In this document: in pieces, positions 1-8,736 of the stretch
Layout: the number at the start of each line of letters is the position of its first letter
How positions within the stretch are numbered: the first letter of the stretch is position 1
Origin: Planctomycetota bacterium
Lineage (GTDB): Bacteria; Planctomycetota; Brocadiia; JAADGH01
DNA length: 64,000 nt
Direction: 5' to 3'
NCBI GenBank assembly: GCA_040755855.1
Contig: JBFMAD010000001.1
Span: 96,001-160,000 of the forward strand
Translations under genes and position numbers: made by a program
The notes under the pieces: model-generated
Told to the model about the DNA's origin: nothing
The model's database searches: none
Seen by the model: the letters and a program-made list of their open reading frames with translations, nothing else

Positions 1-805
1 CGGTGAACGTCCTCCCATAGCTCACGGTTGCGCCAACGAGCAGGTTTTTGGCAAAGGAGACGCGGGTCTTGAGCGTCATCGCGGGGCGAAGGTCTAAGTC
101 GAGCCTCATGTCGGCGGTGGGATGGTAGCCGTAGAGGGCGAGGCCGGGGCGGACCATGTCGAAGTGCGCCTCGGGGAGCTGGGCGATGGCCCCGCTATTG
201 GCGGCGTGGCGGAGGGGGACTGGCAGCCCCTCTTTTTTCATTTTTGCGGTGATCGAGTTGAAGAGGGCGACTTGGCGGCGCGCGAAGGAGAGGTCCGGCT
301 CATCGGCGGCGGGAAAGTGGGTCCAGACGCCGTCGAAGGAGAGATGGCCGAGGGACAGGACGCGCCGGATGAGGTCGAGCGCCCCGTCGGGGCTGACGCC
401 GATGCGCCCCATGCCTGTGTCAATCTTCACGTGGACCGAGGCGACGACGTTTAGGCGACGGGCCGTTTCGGAGACGGCCTGGGCAAGGTCCGCGTCGCAG
501 ACGGTGAGGGCGACGGAACGGCGCAGGGCGTCTTCGACGAGATCGGGCAGGACGGCGCCGAGCATGAGGATGGGGGTCTCGATGCCCGCGTCGCGGAGCT
601 CGGCGGCCTCGGAGACGGCGGCGACGCCGAGCATGTCCACGCCATGTGCGGCCAGGGCTTTGCTCACGGCGACGGCGCCGTGGCCGTAGGCGTTGGCCTT
701 GACAGCGGCCAGGACTTTAACGCGGGGACCGACCTTCCTTCGTATTTCTTCGAGATTGTGAATGATATTGCCGAGCCGGATTTCGGCCCGGGTCGGGTGG
801 CTCAT
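1..805 (-). CDS. alr: Alanine racemase (3' end runs off the window)
   Basis: Manual translation from ATG at 805: MSHPTRAEIRLGNIIHNL...VLAAVKANAYGHGAVAV, the PLP-lysine motif of Alr. Absent from the ORF track because there is no stop in the window. Confidence 0.93.
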   Translation of the reverse strand, partial: MSHPTRAEIRLGNIIHNLEEIRRKVGPRVKVLAAVKANAYGHGAVAVSKALAAHGVDMLGVAAVSEAAELRDAGIETPILMLGAVLPDLVEDALRRSVALTVCDADLAQAVSETARRLNVVASVHVKIDTGMGRIGVSPDGALDLIRRVLSLGHLSFDGVWTHFPAADEPDLSFARRQVALFNSITAKMKKEGLPVPLRHAANSGAIAQLPEAHFDMVRPGLALYGYHPTADMRLDLDLRPAMTLKTRVSFAKNLLVGATVSYGRTFT

Positions 806-957
806 AGGATTTCCTTTCCGGCGTAATTGTATCACGTCGTTTTGCCATTTCAAGCAGGAGTTCGTGAACCGGTGCATGTCGTTTCCCTCGCTGGACGGAA
901 GGACCGTCCCGTTTGTGGAGTGCGCAACCATGCCCAGGCGTGGTTGCGCCTTGACAT

Positions 958-1063
958 CGGGAAGCCCTGCTTCCCGACGATGGCTCGGCAACCGTGCGGA
1001 GGCGCAGGGACAGCCTGACGGCGACAACCGCGCAACGAAAGAGCGGGAAGCATGGCTTCCCGC
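958..1063. repeat. Pair of REP-like palindromes GGGAAGC-N3-GCTTCCC
   Basis: cgggaagccctgcttcccg (~958-976) and cgggaagcatggcttcccg (~1044-1062) in the alr/nagB intergenic region. Confidence 0.6.
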
Positions 1064-1168
1064 AAGAAAGGCGGCAGTCCAAAGGACCGGCCACGCCAAG
1101 CTGTCCATCTGAAAAGAACTTGCTCATGGACCGAGAGAAATGACGTACACCCTTCGCGGAATTGGGCC

Positions 1169-1197
1169 TTGACAAAGGCATGGGAAAGGTGTATTTT
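1169..1197 (+). promoter_or_regulatory. Sigma70-type promoter of nagB operon
   Basis: TTGACA-N17-TATTTT upstream of nagB. Confidence 0.55.
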
Positions 1198-1274
1198 GCA
1201 TAGTTCGTTTGTCTGGGGCGAACGGCCCTGATTCGTACAGTGTGGTTTTGTGATGTCAAAGAGGAGAAAGCAAG

Positions 1275-2021
1275 ATGAAAGTGATCGTGGTGAAGGACAA
1301 GAAGGCCATGGGCAAGAAGGGCGCGGAGCTGATCGCCGCGGATATGAAGAAGAAGGATCGCCCCTACGTGCTGGGCCTCGCCACGGGCAGCACGCCCGAG
1401 ACGATGTACGCGGAGTGGGCAAGCATGTGCAAGAAGGGCGAAGTGGATTTCAGCACGGTGATCACGTTCAACCTCGATGAGTATGTCGGCCTCAAGCCCA
1501 CGCACGATCAGAGCTATCGCTACTTCATGAACGACAAGTTGTTCAATCACGTCAACATCAACAAGAAGAACACCTTCGTCCCCGACGGGATGGCTAAGGA
1601 TACCGAGGCGAGCTGCGCCGCCTACGAGGCGAAGATCAACGCCTGCGGCGGGATTGACTACCAAGTCCTCGGCATCGGCAGCAATGGCCACATCGCCTTC
1701 AACGAGCCCGGCTCCTCGCTCGGCTCGCGGACGCGAAAGGTGAAACTGACTGAGAACACGATCAAGGACAACTCCCGGTTCTTCAAGAGCATGAGCGAGG
1801 TGCCCAAGAGCGCCATCACGATGGGCATCGGCACAATCCTCGAGGCGGCGAATATCATCCTCCTGGCCAGCGGCGCGAACAAGGTCGAGGCTGTCGCCGC
1901 CGCCATCGAGGGACCCATCACCGCCTCCTGCCCCGCCAGCGCCCTGCAGACGCACCCGAACGTGACATTCGTCCTCACGGAGGACGCCGCCACGGGGCTG
2001 AAGCTCATGCACCAGAGCTGA
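1275..2021 (+). CDS. nagB: Glucosamine-6-phosphate deaminase
   Basis: LGLATGSTP, TFNLDEYVGL, LGIGSNGHIAFNEPG motifs; AGGAG RBS. Confidence 0.96.
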   Translation: MKVIVVKDKKAMGKKGAELIAADMKKKDRPYVLGLATGSTPETMYAEWASMCKKGEVDFSTVITFNLDEYVGLKPTHDQSYRYFMNDKLFNHVNINKKNTFVPDGMAKDTEASCAAYEAKINACGGIDYQVLGIGSNGHIAFNEPGSSLGSRTRKVKLTENTIKDNSRFFKSMSEVPKSAITMGIGTILEAANIILLASGANKVEAVAAAIEGPITASCPASALQTHPNVTFVLTEDAATGLKLMHQS

Positions 2022-2034
2022 GGGGCGGCGCGCC

Positions 2035-3027
2035 ATGGACCTCATCGAACGGTTCAAGACCGAGGCGAAGCAGGCCCGAAAGACCATTGTCTATCCCGAA
2101 GGGGATGACGAGCGAATCCCCAAGGCGGCCCAGGCCGTCACCGAACAAGGGCTCGCCAAGGCGATCGTCATCGGCAATACGGACGAGGTGCAGGCCCTGG
2201 CCAAACAGGCCGGGGCGAAGCTGGACGGCGTGACCGTCATTGATCCGAAGGCCTCGGACGACCTGGCGAGATACGCGGCGGAATACAACCGCCGCAAGCC
2301 GGAAGTCAGCGAGAAGGTCGCCGCGCGCCTGCTGCGGCGGCCTTTGCTGTTCGGCGCGATGATGGTCTCGGTCGGCGACGCCGACGGCATGGTCGGCGGC
2401 GTGGCCAACGCCACCGCCCGCATGATCGAGGCCGGGGGGCTGACCATCGGCTACCAGCCGGGGCTGAGCGGGGCGTCGAGTTTCTTCATCATGGTCGTGC
2501 CCCAATGCCTAGGCGAGACGGACAAGGCGCTGATCTTCGCCGACTGCGCGGTGAACGTGAACCCGACGGCGAAGGAACTGGCCGAGATCGCCGTCGCCTC
2601 GGGCCGCAGCGCCAGGACCCTCCTCGGCATCGAGCCGAAGATCGCCATGCTCTCCTTCTCCACAAAGGGCAGCGCCTCGCACGCGGACGTGGACAAGGTG
2701 GTGGAGGCGACGAAGCGGGCGAAGGAGATCGCGCCGGACCTCTGCATTGACGGCGAGATGCAGGGCGACGCGGCCCTCGTTGAGCGCGTGGCCAAGAAGA
2801 AGGTAAAGGAAAGCGACGTGGCCGGACGGGCCAACGTCCTCGTTTTCCCCGACTTAGACGCGGGCAACATCGCCTACAAGCTGACCCAGTACCTGGCCAA
2901 CGCCAGGGCCTACGGGCCGATCATGCAGGGGTTCGCCAAGCCGATCAACGACATGTCGCGCGGCGCGACGGTGGACGACCTCGTCGGCGTCACGGCCATC
3001 ACCGCTGTCCAGGCGAAAGGGTCTTGA
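2035..3027 (+). CDS. pta: Phosphate acetyltransferase
   Basis: IVYPEGDDER, FADCAVN, AMLSFSTKGS, DGEMQGDAA, FPDLDAGNIAYK, DMSRG motifs. Confidence 0.96.
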   Translation: MDLIERFKTEAKQARKTIVYPEGDDERIPKAAQAVTEQGLAKAIVIGNTDEVQALAKQAGAKLDGVTVIDPKASDDLARYAAEYNRRKPEVSEKVAARLLRRPLLFGAMMVSVGDADGMVGGVANATARMIEAGGLTIGYQPGLSGASSFFIMVVPQCLGETDKALIFADCAVNVNPTAKELAEIAVASGRSARTLLGIEPKIAMLSFSTKGSASHADVDKVVEATKRAKEIAPDLCIDGEMQGDAALVERVAKKKVKESDVAGRANVLVFPDLDAGNIAYKLTQYLANARAYGPIMQGFAKPINDMSRGATVDDLVGVTAITAVQAKGS

Positions 3028-3037
3028 AAGGGAACCG

Positions 3038-4249
3038 ATGGACATCCTGGTGATCAACAGCGGAAGCTCCTCGCTGAAATACCTCCTGTTCGATATGGAC
3101 AACGAAGATGTGCTCGCCAAGGGCATTGTGGAAAAGATCGGCGAGGAGACGTCCTTCCTGAAACACACCGTGGACGGGAACGAAATCACGAAGGAGGCGA
3201 AGGCCCCCGATCACGACGCCGCCTTCCACCTGATGATCGAGGCCCTGCTCGACAAGAACCACGGCGTCATTGAGAGCACCGACGAGGTTTCCGCCGTCGG
3301 CCACCGCGTCGTGCACGGCGGAGAGACCTTCGTCCAGTCCACGGTCATCACCGACGAGGTGAAACAGACGATCGAGGACTATTTCCCGCTGGCCCCGCTG
3401 CACAATCCGCCGAACCTGGCGGGGATTCTCGCGGCGCAGAGGGCCTTCCCCTCCGTGCCGCACGTGGCCGTCTTCGACACGGCGTTCCACCAGACCATGC
3501 CGAAGCAGGCTTACATGTACGCCCTGCCGTATGAATTGTATAAGGAAGATCGCGTGCGGAAGTATGGCTTCCACGGCACGTCGCACCGGTTCGTGTCCAT
3601 GCGAGCGGCGGAGATACTGGGCATCCCGCGCGACAAATTCAACTGCATCACCTGCCACCTGGGCAACGGGTGCAGCCTGACGGCGGTGCGCGAGGGCAAG
3701 TCGGTGGACACGAGCATGGGCCTGACGCCGCTGGAGGGGGTGGTGATGGGAACGCGCACGGGGGACTTCGACCCGGCGATCATCTTCTACCTCGCCCGGC
3801 GGAGAGGTTATTCGCTGGACCAGATGGACAAGATATTCAACAAGCAGAGCGGCCTGCTGGGGCTGAGCGGCGTGAGCAACGACATGCGCGAAATCCACGA
3901 AGCGGCCGAAGGGAGCAACGCGCGCGCACAGCTCGCCATTGACGTGTTCGCCTACCGTGTGCGAAAATACATTGGGTCCTACCTGGCGGCGCTGGGGCGT
4001 ACCGACGCCATTGTGTTTACCGGAGGAATCGGTGAGAATGCCTGCGGCGTCCGCGAGGCGATCTGCATCGGCCTGGAGCCTCTGGGGATCGTGTTCGACA
4101 AGAAGAAGAACTCGGCGACGCGGGCGAAGGAGGCGATCATATCAGAAGGCGCTTCCCATGTGAAGGTGATGGTCGTGCCGACGAATGAGGAACTCTTGAT
4201 CGCGCGAGATACGCTTGCCGTGGCGGAGAAGGCGGCGGTCAGGACATAA
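3038..4249 (+). CDS. ackA: Acetate kinase
   Basis: VINSGSSSLK, GHRVVHGG, PLHNP, YGFHGTSH, FTGGIGEN, TNEE motifs. Confidence 0.97.
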   Translation: MDILVINSGSSSLKYLLFDMDNEDVLAKGIVEKIGEETSFLKHTVDGNEITKEAKAPDHDAAFHLMIEALLDKNHGVIESTDEVSAVGHRVVHGGETFVQSTVITDEVKQTIEDYFPLAPLHNPPNLAGILAAQRAFPSVPHVAVFDTAFHQTMPKQAYMYALPYELYKEDRVRKYGFHGTSHRFVSMRAAEILGIPRDKFNCITCHLGNGCSLTAVREGKSVDTSMGLTPLEGVVMGTRTGDFDPAIIFYLARRRGYSLDQMDKIFNKQSGLLGLSGVSNDMREIHEAAEGSNARAQLAIDVFAYRVRKYIGSYLAALGRTDAIVFTGGIGENACGVREAICIGLEPLGIVFDKKKNSATRAKEAIISEGASHVKVMVVPTNEELLIARDTLAVAEKAAVRT

Positions 4250-4292
4250 CGAGACACAAACCTCCCGGAGGTTTGCATGCCGTCTGCCTCTC

Positions 4293-4376
4293 GTCATTCT
4301 CGCGTACGCGGGAATCCACGAGCGGTCGAGTCCCGCGCGGACGTGGGACTGGATTCCCGCTTTCGCGGGAATGACA
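4293..4376. repeat. REP/RPE-like palindromic element (GTCATTCCCGC..GCGGGAATCCA family), inverted doublet
   Basis: gtcattctcgcgtacgcgggaatcca ... tggattcccgctttcgcgggaatgac; another copy at ~29752-29778, degenerate copies at ~29359 and ~29563. Confidence 0.8.
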
Positions 4377-4461
4377 AGGGGAAGATTGGAAGTCTGGCAA
4401 TTTCTGCTACGGGTGAGTGCGTTTCCGCCACAGAAACGAATAAGAGGAGGAGTCTGAGGGA

Positions 4462-5745
4462 ATGAAGCTGTGCATCTTTGAGGACGAGAAGTTCGACAAC
4501 CTGTACCCGCTGACCTATCTTAGGCCGGTCTTTGAGCTGAAGTGCGGCGCGACAAGCCTGGAAGAGAAGATCATCCGGGCCTTCCCCAAAGCCGACGTTT
4601 GCTACTTCGTTCGGGACTGGATGGCCGAGAGCTACAAGGCCCGCGCCAACGGCCGACCGGTAAACGATATGTCGGCCCTCATGGGCGGCGACATCCTCCT
4701 TGTCAACGGCCGCCTGCTGATGAAGGACTTCGATCTTGCGGCCAAGGGGGAGGACGAGATCGCTATCTGCGACGACGATGTGGTTTACGTCCGGCTGAAG
4801 GCGGCGACAGCGGAGAAATGCAAGGCCGCCGACCTCGGCAAGTGCCTGGCCATGGCCAAGGCGGTGGTGGGAGCAAAGGAAGTCAAGGCCCCGATGATCC
4901 GCTATCCGTGGGACCTCATTGACAACAATCCCTCGATGATTACGCTGGACTTCCAGGCCGCCGGGAAGAAGGGCATCGAGGGGTCTTTCTCCGACAAGGC
5001 CGCGATCTATGGCGACGAGAAACTCGTTTATGTGGCCCCCGGAGCGGAGATTCACCCCTTCGTAACGCTGGACACCCGGCAGGGCCCCGTAACCATCGCC
5101 GAGGGCGCGGAGGTCCATCCCTATACCCGCATCGAAGGGCCGAGCTACATCGGCCGGAAGACGACCCTCTTCGGCGCGAAGATCCGGGAGGGGACGTCCG
5201 TGGGCGAGGTCTGCCGCGTGGGCGGGGAACTCGAGGAGAGCATCTTCCACAGCTACAGCAACAAGTACCACGACGGCTTCATCGGCCACGCCTACATCTG
5301 CCAGTGGATCAACCTGGGGGCGCTGACGTCGAACAGCGACCTGAAGAACGACTATAAGACCGTCGAACTTTACATGAAGGGACAGCTGATGGACAGCGGT
5401 AGCACGAAGGTGGGATGCTTCATCGGCGACCACACCAAGACAAGCATCGGCACGCTGTTCAACACAGGAACGATGGTCGGATGCATGTCAAACGTGGTGG
5501 GCGGATCGGGCATCCTGCCGAAGTATATACCGTCATTCGTGATGGTGATGAACAACAAGTTCTACAAGGTGGGCTTCAAACAGCAGACGGCGACGGCCCG
5601 CACGGCCATGGGTCGGCGGAAGCTCGAACTGAGCGAGGCGGACGAGGCGCTCCTCCAGCATGTCTTCGACATGACCAAGGACGACCGGATGCCGCTCATC
5701 AAGCAGTCGCGGAAGGAGCTGTCACAGGAAGCCGGATTGGCATAG
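4462..5745 (+). CDS. Alternative GlmU-like sugar nucleotidyltransferase/acetyltransferase with hexapeptide-repeat domain
   Basis: N-terminal FED..NLYPLTYLRPVFELKCG and C-terminal left-handed beta-helix (NKYHDGFIGH, NLGA.T.NSDLKN, GDHTKT.IGT). Confidence 0.8.
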   Translation: MKLCIFEDEKFDNLYPLTYLRPVFELKCGATSLEEKIIRAFPKADVCYFVRDWMAESYKARANGRPVNDMSALMGGDILLVNGRLLMKDFDLAAKGEDEIAICDDDVVYVRLKAATAEKCKAADLGKCLAMAKAVVGAKEVKAPMIRYPWDLIDNNPSMITLDFQAAGKKGIEGSFSDKAAIYGDEKLVYVAPGAEIHPFVTLDTRQGPVTIAEGAEVHPYTRIEGPSYIGRKTTLFGAKIREGTSVGEVCRVGGELEESIFHSYSNKYHDGFIGHAYICQWINLGALTSNSDLKNDYKTVELYMKGQLMDSGSTKVGCFIGDHTKTSIGTLFNTGTMVGCMSNVVGGSGILPKYIPSFVMVMNNKFYKVGFKQQTATARTAMGRRKLELSEADEALLQHVFDMTKDDRMPLIKQSRKELSQEAGLA

Positions 5746-5812
5746 TTTGCAGCCTCCCGCGGGTCCCAGACCGCCGGGAGGTTTGGCTTGTTCAATAGGA
5801 AGGAAAGCAGAG

Positions 5813-6061
5813 ATGGGAGAAAAATCGGTAGCGGACCGCGTCCGGAAGGTCACGGCGAAAATCCTCAAGATAGACGAATCCCAGGTCAAGCCGGAGAGCC
5901 ACTTCGTGAAGGACCTCGGCGCGCAGTCCATCCAGAGCGTCGAGCTCGTCGCGGCCTTCGAGGAGGAGTTCGACATCGAGATGGATGAAGACGAGGCCCT
6001 CGAGGTGAAGACCGTCGGCGACGCGGTGGCGTTCATCCAGAAATCCGTTGACGAGCAATAG
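5813..6061 (+). CDS. acpP: Acyl carrier protein
   Basis: 82 aa acidic protein, DLGAQSIQSVELVAAFEEEFDIE..DE.A..VKTVGDAV; ATG at 5813 after AGGAAGGA. Confidence 0.85.
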   Translation: MGEKSVADRVRKVTAKILKIDESQVKPESHFVKDLGAQSIQSVELVAAFEEEFDIEMDEDEALEVKTVGDAVAFIQKSVDEQ

Positions 6062-6078
6062 TACGATTCGCCGGGACC

Positions 6079-6111
6079 AAAGGCTTCGGACGTCCTGCGT
6101 TCGAAGCCTTT
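6079..6111 (+). terminator. Hairpin/terminator after ACP
   Basis: aaaggcttcggacg-tcctg-cgttcgaagccttt inverted repeat. Confidence 0.55.
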
Positions 6112-6142
6112 CTACCTATGCGGCGGCGACATGAGGTAGGCC

Positions 6143-7114
6143 ATGGATCATGTCCGGATTGGGTTCATCGGGGCCGGGGGGCTCGCCACGCGGGTACACT
6201 ATCCCTCCCTGGTCGAGATTGAGAGCGCCTCGATCGAGGCAATCTGCGACCTGAACGAGCAGCGCCTGAACGAAGCGGGCGAAAAATTCGCCGTCGAGAA
6301 ACGCTTCGCCCGCCACAAGGAGATGCTCGACTCCGTCGAACTCGACGCCGTCTACATCGTCATGCCGCCGCACCTGATGCACGACCTCGTCGTGGACTGC
6401 CTCAACCGAAAGAAGCACATCTTCGTCGAGAAGCCCCTCGGCGTGCACAGCCTCCAGGCCGTGGAGCTGGCCAAGCTCGCCGAACGCAACGGCTGCCTTA
6501 CGATGGTCGGTTTCAACCGGCGCTTCATGCCGGTCCTTGTGAAGGCCCGAGCGATGGTTGAGGAGCGCGGGCCGATCACCCACTGCATGGCGACGTTCTT
6601 CAAGAACTACGACGGCAACATGCCCTTCTTCCGCGGTGCGACCGACATCCTCACCGCCGACGGCATTCATTGCGTGGATACCCTCCGCTGGCTGTGCGGG
6701 GAGGCGAAGGCCGCGGCGAGCGACATTAACCGCTTCGGCGTAACCTACGAGAACAGCTTCAACGCCGTCATGCGCTTCGCGGGCGGGGCGACGGCAATCC
6801 TGAACACGAATTGGTCGGTGGGGACGCGGGTGCACTGCTTCGAGATCCACGGCAGGGGCGTCTCGGCATTCATCAATCCCGACGCAACCTGTGTGGTATA
6901 CAAGGATAACGACAAGCTGGAAGAGGGCGTCCGGCTCGATCCGGCGGGGCTGGCGGGAAGCGCTGACTACCATAAAGTGCAAGGATTCTTCCAGGAGAAC
7001 ATGCACTTCATCGAATGTATCCGGGCGGGCAGAGCCCCGATGTCGAATTTCTCCGACGCGGCCAAGACCATGCTCTTGATTGACCGCATTCGAGAGAGTA
7101 GGATTTGTGAGTAA
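6143..7114 (+). CDS. Gfo/Idh/MocA family oxidoreductase
   Basis: IGFIGAGG Rossmann motif, HIFVEKP, MVGFNRRF, GIHCVD. Confidence 0.9.
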   Translation: MDHVRIGFIGAGGLATRVHYPSLVEIESASIEAICDLNEQRLNEAGEKFAVEKRFARHKEMLDSVELDAVYIVMPPHLMHDLVVDCLNRKKHIFVEKPLGVHSLQAVELAKLAERNGCLTMVGFNRRFMPVLVKARAMVEERGPITHCMATFFKNYDGNMPFFRGATDILTADGIHCVDTLRWLCGEAKAAASDINRFGVTYENSFNAVMRFAGGATAILNTNWSVGTRVHCFEIHGRGVSAFINPDATCVVYKDNDKLEEGVRLDPAGLAGSADYHKVQGFFQENMHFIECIRAGRAPMSNFSDAAKTMLLIDRIRESRICE

Positions 7115-7133
7115 GACGTTGGGAGGTGTTCTG

Positions 7134-7595
7134 ATGGCGCGATCCATGCTATGGGCTTGTTTGCTGCTGGCCGCCGGCTGCGCCGCGCGGAAGATGGACC
7201 CAGCCTTCCAAGGGGGGACGAACAAGGAATTTGTCTATATCGTGGGCGAGACACAGGGCGGGGATATCCGGCTCGAATACAAGCAAGGCCTGACGGTCCT
7301 GGACCTCGTCTCCCAGCGCGGCGGCATCACCACCCGCGGCACGGCCGAGAAAATCCACGTCTATCGCCCCTCCGAGGGCAAAACCTTGAGTTGCAACCTG
7401 GACTATAACAAGATCGAAAAGGGCGACGCCCGGCAGAATATCATCCTTCAGGGCGGCGACATCGTCTATGTTCCCAAGACGGTCACCACCGCGCTCTATG
7501 ACGGATTCAAGGCCATCTTTCCCCCATGGGAGGACATGATGGGGAAGGGGGCCCAGTGGGCGGAAATGTACGCAGCCAGCAAGGCGGCGAAGTAG
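7134..7595 (+). CDS. Lipoprotein with SLBB (polysaccharide-export-like) domain
   Basis: Lipobox LAAGC; YIVGE..TVLDLV..GGIT..NIILQGGDIVYVP; GGGAGG RBS. Confidence 0.75.
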   Translation: MARSMLWACLLLAAGCAARKMDPAFQGGTNKEFVYIVGETQGGDIRLEYKQGLTVLDLVSQRGGITTRGTAEKIHVYRPSEGKTLSCNLDYNKIEKGDARQNIILQGGDIVYVPKTVTTALYDGFKAIFPPWEDMMGKGAQWAEMYAASKAAK

Positions 7596-7597
7596 CG

Positions 7598-7696
7598 CAA
7601 GGTCGAACAGTCCAAGGGTCGAAGAGTCGAAAAGTAGAGAATTCCCGACTCTTAGACCCTTAGACCCTTTGACTCTTGGCCCCTTTGACTCTTGGA
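7598..7696. repeat. Inverted octamer tandem repeats (AGGGTCGA / TTGACCCT type)
   Basis: aaggtcgaacagtccaagggtcgaagagtcgaaaag ... gactcttagacccttagaccctttgactcttggccctttgactctt. Confidence 0.7.
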
Positions 7697-7710
7697 TAAA
7701 GGAGTATGTC

Positions 7711-8520
7711 ATGGCGAAGATCCGAATCGGCGCTCATCCGTGGGTCTACGCGGCGAAACAGCCGCAATACGACATCTTTCCCATCCTTGATCAAATCTTC
7801 AGCGACATGGCCTACGCCGGCATGGGCGGCATCGAGTTGATGCACACCGCCCTCCGCCACGACGGCGCCGTCAAGCGCCTGAGCGAGTTGTCAAAGAAAC
7901 ACGTCCTGCCGGTCATCGGGACGTCCTTCGGCGGAAACATGTGGGATGCCCAGCAGGCCAAAGATGTGGTGAAAGACGCCGAACTCATCATCCCCCGCCT
8001 CGCCCAGCTGGGCGGAACGAACCTGGGCACGTCGGTCGGCAAGGCCCCCCAGCCCAAGGCCCCCGAGCAGTTCGACGTCCAGGCCGATACCCTCCGGAAG
8101 ATCATGGCCGTCTGCAAGGACCACGGCGTCCTTCTCAACCTGCACAACCACACCTACGAGGTCGAGAACAACGAGCATGACCTGCGCGGCACTCTCGAAC
8201 GCATCCCCGATGTCAAGCTGGGGCCGGACCTCAACTGGGCCCTCCGGGGAGGGATAGACCCTGTTGATTTCATCCGCCGCCATGGGAAAAGAATCGTGTT
8301 CCTCCATCTCCGCGACCAGGCCGCCGACGGTAAGTGGTCGGAGGCCATGGGTGAGGGCGACATGGACTACGCTGCCATCGGCAAGGCCCTGCAGGCAGTC
8401 GGATTTTACGGCGACGCGGCCATCGAGCTGGCCCACGAGCGGAACTTCGAACTTACCCGACCGCTGCGCGAAAGCCTGAAGATGAGCCGGGAGTACGTGC
8501 GCAGTACGCTGGGATATTGA
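7711..8520 (+). CDS. Sugar phosphate isomerase/epimerase (xylose-isomerase-like TIM barrel)
   Basis: LHNH..E, LGPDLNW, LHLRD, GEGDMD, IEL motifs; AAGGAG RBS. Confidence 0.85.
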   Translation: MAKIRIGAHPWVYAAKQPQYDIFPILDQIFSDMAYAGMGGIELMHTALRHDGAVKRLSELSKKHVLPVIGTSFGGNMWDAQQAKDVVKDAELIIPRLAQLGGTNLGTSVGKAPQPKAPEQFDVQADTLRKIMAVCKDHGVLLNLHNHTYEVENNEHDLRGTLERIPDVKLGPDLNWALRGGIDPVDFIRRHGKRIVFLHLRDQAADGKWSEAMGEGDMDYAAIGKALQAVGFYGDAAIELAHERNFELTRPLRESLKMSREYVRSTLGY

Positions 8521-8531
8521 TACAAGGCTCC

Positions 8532-8563
8532 GACCTCCCGGAGGTTCCAACCTCCGGGAGGTC
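8532..8563. repeat. REP-like palindrome GACCTCCCGGAGGT-N4-ACCTCCGGGAGGTC
   Basis: Near-identical copy at 20390-20421 inside a CDS; degenerate or half copies at ~4259 and ~5752-5783. Confidence 0.8.
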
Positions 8564-8633
8564 GAAACTTGGGGTACTGATACCGCGCATCAGGGGCGCC
8601 GGACAGCCCTCGCACAATCTTGGGCAAATTGAC

Positions 8634-8661
8634 TTGAAATCCGGCCCCCTTCTGCTATACT
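8634..8661 (+). promoter_or_regulatory. Sigma70-type promoter with extended -10
   Basis: TTGAAA-N16-TATACT, with TGn immediately before the -10. Confidence 0.5.
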
Positions 8662-8736
8662 TTAAAAGTAATTCACTTGCAGGGGGGGCAATATCTCGAT
8701 ATAGCATGGGTCCGTGCGCCAGATGAGGAACCCTTC

